64,000 bases of DNA. It comes from Yuukianura sp. NJ FZ-2021 (Eukaryota). The stretch covers positions 9,238,001 through 9,302,000 of the forward strand of contig CM102283.1 in the NCBI GenBank assembly GCA_046563655.1, read 5' to 3'. The position numbers and the translations under genes are program-made. The notes beneath the pieces were generated by a model. That model saw only the letters and a list, made by a program, of their open reading frames with translations. It did not search any database and was not told the DNA's origin. Within the stretch, counting starts at the first letter, position 1; the number at the start of each line of letters is the position of its first letter. Shown here one piece after another: positions 13,985-25,723 of this stretch.

Positions 13985-16900
13985 AAATACTAATAGTACA
14001 ACTGCTACTCCAGTAACTCCTACAAAGTCCTCTGCTGCTATTCTAACGGCCTTCCACAGACAGTCGTCTCCGTACATTCGTCAGCTGAGAGGCGGACTTG
14101 GGCGGACAATTAAAAAAGCTATTGACAGTATCATCAGTGACAATGACATCATGAACAACAACACTGAAGGTCAAATGTCAATGTCACTCAACGGTACTCC
14201 ACAGAAACTGAACGGGGTTCATGAGAAAGTGAATGGAGAAACTGTCCAGAATGGATACTTGCACAAAAAGTTCAAAAAAGTTACGGCGGCTGAGGAATGT
14301 CTCGAGAAGAACGGAATCAGCCACCATAATCAGCAAGTTCAGACATCAAAAGTGTCCAAAGTAGATGAGCCGAACGGTGATAGGTCAAGGAAAGCTGCCA
14401 TTGGTCAAGTACAAAGTACTGGGGAAAGTACTGGAAGTACTGCCGAAGTACCCTCCTCGTCTTCGTCCGTCTACAAACCGAAATTCCGACTGGCTACTGC
14501 CAAGGAACCAGACAAAAGCCAAGAAATTCCGAATTTTGACAAAATGGCGGGAGTTTTGAATTCGCGGTTTGAGAAAAGTCCGGAAATTTTGAATTCAAGG
14601 TTTGAAAAAAGCGGGGAAATTTTGAATTCGCGGTTTGAGAAAAGTCCGGAATTTATGAATTCAAGAATTGAAAAAAGTGCTGTTCCGATTTCTACGTCAG
14701 AATTACGACTTCACGTGGAGAGTTCAGTTCAAGAATTCCAGAATTCGGGTACTAATTTGAATTCAAAGTCAAATGGACAACTCCCGCCTCGTCACCATTC
14801 GCTCCCTTTACCCCTGACAATTTCACCTGGAATTCTTCCGAACGGTTCTTCCAGTAACAGTGAACAGCGATTTGATCGAAAGTCATTAGACGATAGGATT
14901 TCCAAAATTATTAATGAAAATCAATCAATACTTGCGACATGGCCAGAACATCTTTCCAAAAGGACTAAAGGAAACGGAGGTCGATACTCTCTGGGTGCTC
15001 GGTCTGGACAAACACCTTCCTTTGCATTTGGTGACCACCAGCCAAGTCGAAGGGACTCTCTGGACTTTGTCATGTCTTCCAATAGCACCGAAGTGTCATC
15101 GTCACCTTTAACGAGGGTCAATGGCCACAAATCGTCACTTCAGTACCTTCATCATGGTCGTTCCAATTCGGATGTGGGTCTGTGCCAAGACGGATTTGAC
15201 GTTCCGACGGTTAGGCGTGAAGATTTGAGCTCCAAACAGACCGATTTTAGCTCCAAACAGACCGATTCTTTCACGGTTCCGAAGAAACGAAGGCGCCTTT
15301 CACCCGTTCCGGGCATTTTGTCAGGCGGAGAAGTAGCTGAAATGCCGAAGGACCAAGTACAAGTATCCTCAGCAAAAAATTCTGGCCCTGCGCAGTTACT
15401 TCAAATTCAAAAAGAAATGGATATGACCCTGAGACTCAACAGTTTTGGAAATTCTGGCGCCAAAGTGACCGTACTTGCTCCAGGACCAATGGAATCACAT
15501 GGACATGGACAGAGATCGGTTACGGCGCATGATGAATCTTCGAGTTCCAGTTCTGCAAGTTCTTCCCGATCCCATTTCTCTCCCGATCCGCGCCAAAATT
15601 TGATTCGGATTAGGAAAAACTCCATTTTTGAATCCGACCAATCATCATCTCCAACACCGCTCCCGACAACTACGGCGGCAGCCACGGTCCCACCGCCGCC
15701 GCCGCGGAGAAGAGGCCGACCTTCAAAAGTTCATCATGAAGAGGCACCCAAAATCCGGAAAGTTGTGGAAAGGTTACAGTCACATTTAAATGCCAAAACG
15801 GCAGCTTTGGCGGCACTTGCGGCTTCAAGTGCTCAACAACAACCTCATCCACAGTCAATTCCTCCACAAAAAGTAGAAGTTCTACCAAAGTCAGCTGTTC
15901 CTCATCACTTGTCCCACAAATCAATCACAACTGCATCGACTACTGCTACTACACAAAATATTGAAGAGACAATCAAAGTACCTGAGGCAGTCCCTGCCAT
16001 CACAATCAGTAAACCATCTCCACCGCCCACAGTTCCAAAGACGTCGTCACTTCTACTCCAAACTGCAGCACTCAATCCCAAACGTCCAACATTCTTAGCA
16101 CTCAAACCAACCAATGGAATCATTGCCAACAAACGACTTGACCTCAGTGCATGCATTCTTCCGAGTCCAGAAACACCGCGGGGTGCTAAGAACTACAATC
16201 AGATGCATATCAATGGTATGACTCATTTTTACCATTTTTAATCTTTTGTTTAAAAAAAACGTTCTCCTTACGTTTTTCTTTTCTAATTCTCTAATTGATT
16301 TCCTGTTTTCCTATTTGCTGATTTCTGGTTTTGTATTTTCTGATGCTTGATTTTCTATTTTTTATTGCTGATTTTTTGTTTCTGATTGCTGATTTTCCTA
16401 TTGCTACTTATCTGTTTCTAATGACTGATTTTCTGATTTATATTTTTTTTAGGGAATGCGTACACGTACTTGGGGTTCAAGATCTCTACAAAATCTAGTT
16501 ACACTTGTCTCTTCAAGCCACAACCAATGTTTGTTCCGCAGGAGACTGACCCAAAGCTGTCTATGTACTCAAATTGGCAGGTTGGTGTCCACATAAAAGT
16601 TGTGTTTCTTCTGTAGTAACTTGAAAGTATGTTAATATTTGCTAATGAACAATACTTCTTTTCTCTTTTTCCTTAGCCTCGTCCAAAGGATTCAAATGAA
16701 GACTACAAGCAACGACTCTCTACTTATGACTCTCGTGTCAACTTGAGAAGAACTGGAGAACCCTTGTTTGTTTCTTCTGTTGGAAGTCACTTTGATACGC
16801 TCACAATCAATTCACCGGACAATTCTTGTCCGAGGTTCACCTTGATGGATGTTTCCGAAGCGCCTTTCCCTTTGGTCAAACCGGAAAAGTCAGTTACTCC

Positions 16901-19900
16901 GAAGGTGAATCATACGAATCCACAAGGCAAAGATGAAGCGCTGCAAGTTCCGGTCGCAGCGATTCCAGTGCACCGTAGCCGATCCAGCACCCCACCACCA
17001 CCTCCTGACACCCCCGAGTTGACCATTGACGAAACACTGGAAGTTACGCCGGCAGTATCAATTCCGAAGGTATCTCCAACTGTAACTGTGATGACAGAAG
17101 AACCTGATGCTGATTTGGCGAAACCTTTGAAAAGGACGCTGGAACGACATAACGACGCTTCCAGCGATTCATCCTTGAGAATTAGGAAGAAAAGTATTTA
17201 TTTCCCGCCGTCGTCAGTAGCAACTCCTCTACCGAAAGACTTGCCAACATCTTCTCTGACTTCATCAGAATCTTCCAGTGCCGAGGAGCTGTCAACTCTT
17301 CATCTTCCAAGAAGTGATCACCATAGAGACCATCAGTCTGGAAAAGGAAGAAGTGTTTCACTTTGTATCCTTGACTCTTCGACGAAGAGTGACATGTCAC
17401 TGGATTTGAGTAAACCACTTGCACTTACTGTTGGAGGGAAAGATAGACAGAGGTCGCAGTCTGTGTCACTTTCGTCTCCGTCGGCCATTTTGAATAACTT
17501 GGACAGCGCCAGAGTCAAAATCATGGAGGGAGGATTCGAATCTAATGAAGATTATACTTACATTCGCGGAAGAGGTTGGTCAAAAAATTTTGAAAAAAAG
17601 GACATGAAATCAATTTTTGTTTTCAATGGTTTTTATCGTTTTTTGAAATTGTTGTAGGGAGAGGGAGGTATGTTTGCGAATCCTGCGGAATTCGGTGCAA
17701 AAAGCCGTCGATGTTGCGGAAACATCTCAAAACACACACTGACTTACGACCATACACTTGCAAGCTGTGTAACTTCAGGTAATTACTGAAAATGATGAAA
17801 TTTTTGAAACTTTTTTTTTTTTCTGAAAAATTTTCTGAATTGTGTTTTTTGATTTTGAAAAATTAGTTTCAAGACGAAGGGAAATCTGACAAAGCACCAA
17901 AAGTCCAAGTCTCACCATAAGAAGTGCATTGGGCTTGGGATTCACCCTGATTCATCCCGGTCACTGGAAATGACTGGTCCAATTATGTCGGACTCAAATG
18001 ATGAAGGAGATTCGGATGATGATGATGAAGAGGAAGATGAAGACAATGATTCAGATTCCTTTGATGATCAAGAAGACGATACTCGCTCAACTACGGACAA
18101 CAATGACAAAGAAAAGTTTGAGAAGGAAATTGCTCTAAGTTTGCTCGACTTGAGTCAGGTGACTCGCCTTGCGGAGAAGGTTCGGGATCGAAATAGCAGT
18201 GAAAGTAGCAGCTCATCTTCTCTGCCACCGAACAGGAAATCATCTTCCTTCTCTTCTCCTGGAAACTTACAGTCAAGTTTACAGCAATGTGCTGCTGGTG
18301 CTGCTGATTTGGAGGTTCCGATGGATTTGAGTACAAAGACGAGAGCCACTTCACTGGATTCTCATCAACCAAAACTTTTTGGAGGAGGTGTCAAGAGCAT
18401 GGAGATTGTTGGAGAAGCACAGAGATGGGAACCTGAAGATGATTTTTTACGGACGGGGTACTTGAATCTCAAGAAAGTTAGAAATCATCCGGAAGAAGTC
18501 GAAGTAAGCTCAAATGCAGTTGTTATGCCCAAAAATGTACTTGGTGAGGAAATCAAAATTGAAGTGTCCGAATCACAACAGTCTCCACCAGCACCAGAAG
18601 ACAGGCCGTTTGAATTTGAAATTAGAAAAAGACGAAGAGTATCCAGCATGTGCAGTCCGACGGTCCAAGCAGTATCGACTTCCAGAACTTCTTCGCTTTC
18701 TTTGTCAATGTCGTCGCCAGTAAGGATAGCAACTCCACCACGACCAGCGTCTGAGTCCAAAATGATGTCGCCGGTTCCTAGTTCGTCAGCGGCGACATCA
18801 GCTCCGAAGAGACTTCATCAACCTTGGCTGAGTCCACAAGAAAAGTCAACGGCAGAGAAGATCAGACGAGTTGAGTCGTCCAGCTCGCCTGTGTTGAATG
18901 GCAGAGAAGCAAATGGGACACCATTTGCTATGGACAAAGATAAAGAAGAAGATGCTGATTTTGTGGAAGATGCTCCGCCTCCAGTGTCATTGGCGCTGAC
19001 TATCATGGCCTCTCCAGTTGGAAACGGAATGAAACTTCCAGCTACTGCGGAGGATGGCAGCAGTTTCCATGGATTCGGAGGATTGTTGGCTCTCAAACCA
19101 CAAGCTGAGTTTCGCCAACCCAGCGGAGCTCAGTTGATGTAAGTTGTATAATATTTGGTGTAATTGATGTTAATGTAATCATGTAATTAAGTATTAACAT
19201 AGTATTTTTATGTAACAGGGATGACGGAAAAGCAGAGTGTAACGTCTGTGGTAAAACTTTTGTTCGAGCGTGTCAGCTGACCCTGCACATGAACATACAT
19301 TACTTGGAGCGTCCATTTCGATGTGACCCGTGTGGTGTAAGTTTTCGGACGAAAGGTCATCTGCTCAAACATCGCCGCTCAAGCAGTCACGATTGCAAGG
19401 TACGCCATTTTACCGCCAATTTTCAAATTCATTCGTACAATGCTACTATAGAAGACAAGTTTTATGCTTTTTAATTTTTTGAAATAGGTTTACTTGACTG
19501 AGGCTTGGGGTGTAGCGAATGAAGAAAATCCAAGGCCATTCAAATGTGGTGACTGCAAAATTGCATTTCGGATCCATGGACACTTAGCGAAGCACTTGCG
19601 ATCCAAAATGCATATCATGCGTATGGAATGTCTTGGTAAGCATTACTTTTTGGTTTTGGTGGAAAGTGGGAAATTTTGAAACATTTAAGTGAGAATAATT
19701 TTGGCGTTTTGGTTTTAGGTAAACTTCCGTTTGGCATTTACTTTGAAATGGAAAAGACTGGTTTGAACCTTAACGAAATTGATACAACTGACTGTGATTT
19801 GTCGCTGGTCTCTTTACAAGTAAGTCAAAGTTAACACTAACTGCAGGAACTAAACTTTTTACTTTTTTTTTGTGGAAATTTCAAAATTTGACTTTTTTCA

Positions 19901-19981
19901 AATTTTCAGGGGGTAGCCCAAAAAATTTATGGGGATGAGTGGCGACAGAAACTGAGTGCACCGATTGAAGATCCAGCTTAA
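13985..19981 (+). CDS. shn: Schnurri (HIVEP/ZAS family) C2H2 zinc-finger Smad cofactor
   Basis: Exons 13985-16215, 16453-16580, 16677-17574, 17658-17778, 17867-19138, 19219-19399, 19488-19635, 19719-19819 and 19910-19981 are all GT-AG and in frame. They encode NAYTYLGFK...PQPMFV...[49 protein letters not shown]...[16 protein letters not shown] plus an acidic tract (ZAS), a PMDLS CtBP-type motif, and a C-terminal finger triplet ending [29 protein letters not shown]. The first in-frame ATG in this exon is 14151, and the frame is open back to the acceptor, so the true 5' end is uncertain. Confidence 0.93.
14556..14678 (+). repeat. Coding 33-bp tandem repeat (about 4 x [11 protein letters not shown]) in Schnurri
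   Basis: [41 protein letters not shown] in ORF 14151-16241. Confidence 0.9.
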
Positions 19982-20537
19982 CTTTTTAAATCTTCTAGCA
20001 AAATCTACGTACATCGTGTAAACTGTGGTCCTAAAATGACAATTGAAGATTCCTTTCATGCGTTATTGTTTTAAACTTCCCTGGAATAGAAGGGATTTAA
20101 ATGTTTTAGTTTTTTAAATACTCGTTTAAAATATTTTATTCTAATTATTACTGACGAACTTCAAAGTGATTGATATTATTTTTTGTTTTTAGTTGTTAAT
20201 TAACTACACAACGATTAATGTAACAAGTTTATAGGGAACAACTTTTAATTGAGGTAACAATCAAGGACGATGTGAAAGCAGGGGACTAATTATATTTTTT
20301 AAGATTTATGAAATTATTTTTATTTATTTATTAAACTGACAAAGAGCAATTTCGGAAGTACAATTTCTACATTTTTTTTGGTTTTCTTACATAGTTTTTT
20401 TTCTTGGGTTAGGAACTTTTTTGAAATATTACTTTGATGTGCAGCACACATAACTAATTTTGAAATCCACAAACTTACTCTGAGTTGGTGTTAGATTACT
20501 TAATTGCTGGTGTTTTGGATAATTTGAGTGTTGAGGT

Positions 20538-21896
20538 CTAGAGGCTGCTGCCTGAATCATTAGCGTTCTCAGGACGGTCACGCGTTGGAAGATCTAGGTA
20601 AGCGCTGCCTTCGTACTCTGATGAATCCAGCTCCCCTTCTTCAACTTCCGGCAAGTCAGGCAAGTTCCGGGTTTCAAGCGGGCAGTGAACGACCATGGTG
20701 ACATGCTGACGACGCTCGATCATTTCCTAAACAGAGTTCAGGTTGTAAAACTTTTTAAAAGTTTAAAAGTTGTGTATAAGTGAAGAGAACTTACAGCTGG
20801 AAGTGATTCCAACTTGTCGTAGTTGCGGAAGAAGCTGTCCAAGGAACGAACGTGTCCCAACGTATCTGTTTGCTGTGCCTTCTCTGCGATGGACTTCATG
20901 GCCAAAATCTTGATCTTGCGACGAAACTCCTCCTTGACACTTAAGGCCTTAGCCTGCGATCCCTCTGGCGGAACATCGCTGTATTGAGCAAAGTATCCTG
21001 GATAGTAGCCGTGCCCTTCGTAATCGTCCAGGGGCTCACTAATTATAAAAAAAACATGTGAAACAATGAAACATGTTATGGTATGTTAAGTACACAGGTT
21101 ATGATGTTATGTTGCGTATACATGTTGCATATGGCATGTTATGTCTTGTGTTGAATGGCTTACTTGATATCCTGCAATGGAACATCAACCAATGGTGGTA
21201 TAGGGAAGCCCGGAATGAGAAATTCGTTCCAGTTGATGTGAGTAAACATCGTTGTCTCAGGTTTTTCAACAAGCCCTTCAGAACTGGATCGACTTGCTAC
21301 CGGCGGCATTGGAGACTCGTTTTGATTCGGATAAGTGTAGGTGACCAGTCCGTTCTTAGTAGTTGCAGTAATTCCATGTGGCAAGTATGTCCGTTCTCCT
21401 TCTCCGTCGTCCCCCGATTCTTCAAAGGATGATTGAGAACGGCGTCGGCCGAAACTTGCATTCGAAACAGTGTCTAAAAACAACAAATAGTTGGCAAATA
21501 TCTCAATTTAGGATTAGCTTTTTACGATTAGGCCTTACACATGGACACATCCGGCTCTTGTCCAAAGAAGCAATTCGTTTGCCGTGATGGAGTTGGGTAG
21601 AAGTCAACAGGCGGTGGTGGTAAATGTAAACGTGAAGAATTTGATGAGCCCGGATATGGTTGGTATGCTGGTGACACGTTTGAATTGGAGTGTCTCCTGA
21701 TCAGATGCGGAGGTGGCGACCCAAACTCCGTTGGCAACGGAGGACAACGAATTGAGTTATTGACTTGACCTGTTGGAGGATGATAGAACCGACATCGTCC
21801 ACCTTGGACGCAGTAGCCGTTGACGTAGTTGACACACGGGAGCATGCGATCCTCGTCATCGCTTGGTGAGTGCTGCATATTGCGGTTGTAGTCCAT
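20538..21896 (-). CDS. Uncharacterised protein with a single N-terminal CCCH (C-x7-C-x5-C-x3-H) zinc finger
   Basis: Exons 21896-21539, 21473-21164, 21038-20795 and 20726-20538 join in frame through GT-AG introns. The motif is CVNYVNGYCVQGGRCRFYH. Confidence 0.8.
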
Positions 21897-22599
21897 GATT
21901 CCCAGTTTGGATCACTGAAAAAACGACAAATAAACGTTATTCAATTCTCACACTTTCTGGTACACTGCAAAAACTTAAGTAATTAGCCTAACTTACAATT
22001 TAAACAGTTGCAATGACTTCACTCAAGTAACAAAAACAAAGAATTCGTACTGGCCGGCAACTCTTGTGACCAAACTCCCTCCGAATTCCCAAATTCCCTC
22101 TCTGTTCAGCGGTCCACCCTGTCTAAGGTGATTTGAATCACATTGGATAATTTTTATCTTACCTCAATTTTACAAGTCCCGAATTTTGGTTAATTGGTTC
22201 CACTTCTGAATTGCTTTGTCAAACTACTTGATTTGGGAGACTTCGAATTTGGACATCCGACTTCTACGGGAGACAAATTGGAAGTGAGCAAAAAAAAAAG
22301 TAAAAAAAGTTTCTTTGTTTGATGCGCGGTTAGAGGTCGTTGACCTCTGCGTCTCCTCCATCGAAGAGTCAAACGGGAGACAAGGAGGCAGGGCAGGGGA
22401 GGAAAGTTGTACAGAAGACTTCAATCTTCAAAAAAGTTCGGGCATTGTATTGTTTTGAATTCGGTAGTCAATAACAACAAGGTGTCTGTCATTTAGCACA
22501 ACTTGGACACTGAAACTGGAACTGAATTCTCGTTTTCTAATTTTCAGATCCGACGATTTTTTGGACTGTGAAAACGTTTTAATCATAGAAAACTTGGAC

Positions 22600-23056
22600 A
22601 TGGCCGAGGAACATCTCGAAGAAGCCGGGCTGTACTTGGACGAAATCACAAAGAAACTTCATCTAATTGATCCCGAACGTTCAAAACTAACGGAATCGCT
22701 GCTGAAGCACATTGAAGACTTCCAAGGAAGTAAGTTTACTTTAAAAATACCTGCGTCCAGCATGGAATAACGATTGTTATTGTACATTAGCTGGCGTGGA
22801 ACTGGTGGAATCCTTGGCAGAAGTCTTAGCATCGATGGAGAAGATGGGCCAATTAGTTGACAGTGCTCGACAGAAGATCTTCGGAGCAGAATCAGCGCTG
22901 CTTCTGGAAGCTATTCACCGTGAGCGGGATGAGCGTGACCTTTCCAACAGTATTCGTGACAAGGTCACTGAACTTGAGCGAAATCGCTCATACATTGAAT
23001 CCCTGGTGCGTCAGAAGAACGATATCCTAGAATTCATCTACAACATGAACAAATAG
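22600..23056 (+). CDS. IFT20: Intraflagellar transport protein 20 homolog
   Basis: Exons 22600-22729 and 22791-23056 give a ~131-aa coiled-coil protein. MAEEHLEEAGLYLDEITKKLHLIDPE resembles the IFT20 N-terminus ([20 protein letters not shown]), and the C-terminal KVTELER..YIESL...ILEFI also matches. Confidence 0.8.
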
Positions 23057-23591
23057 TCGTCTTTAAAACCTAACTTCATTCAAATTAATTAAAATTGTAA
23101 AACGACGGCTTTTCATGTGGATTCCCGGCAAGAAAAATTCCGCTCAACAAAACCTGTATTCAAGCAACCTATTATTTTATCACATATTCTAACTTTGTAG
23201 AAGATACTTTTGAAAAAAGTCACGATTAGGCTACAAAATTAGCGGATTATAGAAGGGAAGTAAAAACACAAACCATCATAATTTATTGCCCAAACTAATT
23301 AATTAATAAACAAGCAAATTTACAAGGCAAATGTTAAAACTAACTCTGATACAGTAATCATAATCAAAGACTCGTAAAAATTGAGCTGCTGTCTGGCTTG
23401 ACTTGAAATGAATCACTGACTTACAATACACATTGACTAAACTACACTTAAGAAGGGCGATTAAGCTTTTGTAAAAGTTTAACAGTGTTCTTAAAAGTTC
23501 CAAAAACTTCAAACTGATTTTCAAAAAAGACGAGTTCTTCAACATTTAGTCCAAATGGAACGACAGTGTCTGTCCAGGCCTCCGATGTTAC

Positions 23592-25129
23592 TTACTTGGC
23601 CTTCTTTTTTCGTTTTTCAGCATGCGACGATCCAGCGGAACCTGTATTGCAAATTATTTGCTAAATTAGTGACGAATCAAGTGAAATATGTCTTTTTCGG
23701 TTTGAATTAAATAGTTACCCCATCTCCAGACGTTGAGTGCTTCTCCAAGGAAGTAGAACATCAGAATGACGACTCCAAGGGCACCGATGAACAGCGCACG
23801 CTCAGTAGGCCCCAGAAGTGACAAAATTGGATATGGCCAAACATCCGTGAGATGATTTATCCACACGATCCTGGAAGAGATTCAAACAAATCAATTTACT
23901 TTGTACAAAAACCACTCCAAACCACATATCATCAGCACAATTAACGTGAGTGACACAAATAAGCACAAGTCAGCGAATACAGTTTAAAATACGCACCATG
24001 CGACATAAATAAAATATCCAGCGATTATCGTGCTGCATGTGACAGTAGGATTTTGGCGCGAATGTGGAAACAGTACAGACTCCATCAGAATCACGAAAAT
24101 CGGAAGCGTATGTAAAACGTGATTTAGCCAATCCGGAACGAAATCGGGCATGCCAATGAGTCCTTCATCTATGACTTGTAGAGCCCAAAACGTAACACAA
24201 ACAAACTACAACAACACAAACAACAAGAGTTATGTTCATGCTACATGTACAAAAGCAATCCTAAATACAGTATTCATTACTTCAAGCAGTAGTCGGCACA
24301 TAGAAAAGCCAAGCTGAAGCAATTTGAAGCAATGTTAATTAAAATTCGTGTTAAGTAATGTTTATAAGTTCTTACCACCCATCGTACAAGGCAATAAAAA
24401 CAACATTTCCAAGAAACCCGTTTACTTTGGTTGGATAAATTTTGGGAACATAGTAGGAGTCGAAAGTAAGGAAAAGAATTGGACCAGTGTGGACAGCATG
24501 ATTTAGCCAGGAGGGAAAGAAAATATCCATTTCCACCGGAAACACGAGTTGTCGATCAATTGAATACAGAGCCCAGAAGGAAGTAGAAACAAACTGTATA
24601 CCAAGGTCATACGAAGAAAATTGTTACAATTTAAGATAAATATGAATTGGACTAATTGGATTAGACGATTAATTTGCGTAAGTTAAAGCTCGATTATCAA
24701 TCTACACCAAAGTACAAAGCAGATATTGACGTTACCATTCCCGTGGGGAAGACCCAACTGGCGAAGTACGCATCACGTAGTTTCTGCAGAAACGTTTGTC
24801 GGTTCTTGTTGAGCTCGGCGGACCCTACGAGATCATTCACGAGAGCCAATGTGTGATACACGAGTTGAAGAACCTGAAACAACACAATTCACATCAGTTA
24901 ATATGTACATCAGCAGCAAATGATAAGTAAATCTTTGACTTTTGCTCACAATGTTCCAGACGGTAAGATATTTCCATTTTCCTGGCCACTTTGTAGCGGC
25001 TTTGATTCCTGGACTTTCGGCAATCAAGGAGGCTGGAGGATGGACGTAGAGCAAGTCGTAGTATAAAGAGTATCCAAAAACGCCAACTCCCACGGCATGG
25101 GCCACCGTGCTCACAACGGAAAACGTCAT
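23592..25129 (-). CDS. AIG1/ADTRP (FAR-17a) family membrane Thr/His hydrolase with mutually exclusive exon 3
   Basis: Exons 25129-24950, 24873-24736, [24593-24376 OR 24205-23997], 23870-23719 and 23641-23592. Motifs: GKWKYLTVWN (catalytic Thr), FWAL...WLNH(A/V)(V/L)HT (catalytic His), VWPYPIL, and a C-terminal KKAK di-lysine signal. Confidence 0.92.
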
Positions 25130-25723
25130 TTTCTAGTTTCCTTGTCAAAGTTGTCGTTCACTTCACTGGCACGACAGATCAACAGGCCCGAGATTCTGAA
25201 AATATATAAGGAAAAAAATTAGAGTGGTGGACATATTATCAATCATGAGTTCCTGATTGGTTGGGTTGCAAGTTGCAACTCATCATTTGAAACTAGTACC
25301 CACTTCAGAACCTTATAAATAAGTGCAAAGTGTATAATAACAAGGTCCAAAAAACAATTTTTTTTAAACAAAGATAACGTGTATGAAGATAACGATTGAA
25401 AACTTTTTCAAACAACGTCAAGGTCAACTACACACTAAGCTCATATAATACATTGTAAAGTCTATCTATGTGGTACCATTAAGTTAATGTAAACTTGAGT
25501 TATTATTAATCTTGTCAATCACTGGAATTCCGAAAAGATTGAATACGATTATGGGAAAACCCTGATGTCAGTCAAAAACAATAGCTTCGTTAGCATTTAA
25601 ATTGGAAAATCCATGATAATAAATTACGAAAGTTTGTACTTTAGTTAAAAAACATGAACAATCAGTACAAAATCTCAACCCGGCAGTTCCACATCTGACC
25701 TCGAAATTAGGAACAGGGAAACC

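Noticed and set aside
13784-13993. 69-aa Y/L-rich ORF
   Set aside because: It is the translation of the TGAATTAC minisatellite.
14365-19096. Antisense and alternate-frame ORFs over schnurri (likewise over MCM3, the P450, GLS and hb)
   Set aside because: Shadow ORFs of real coding exons with no independent motifs.
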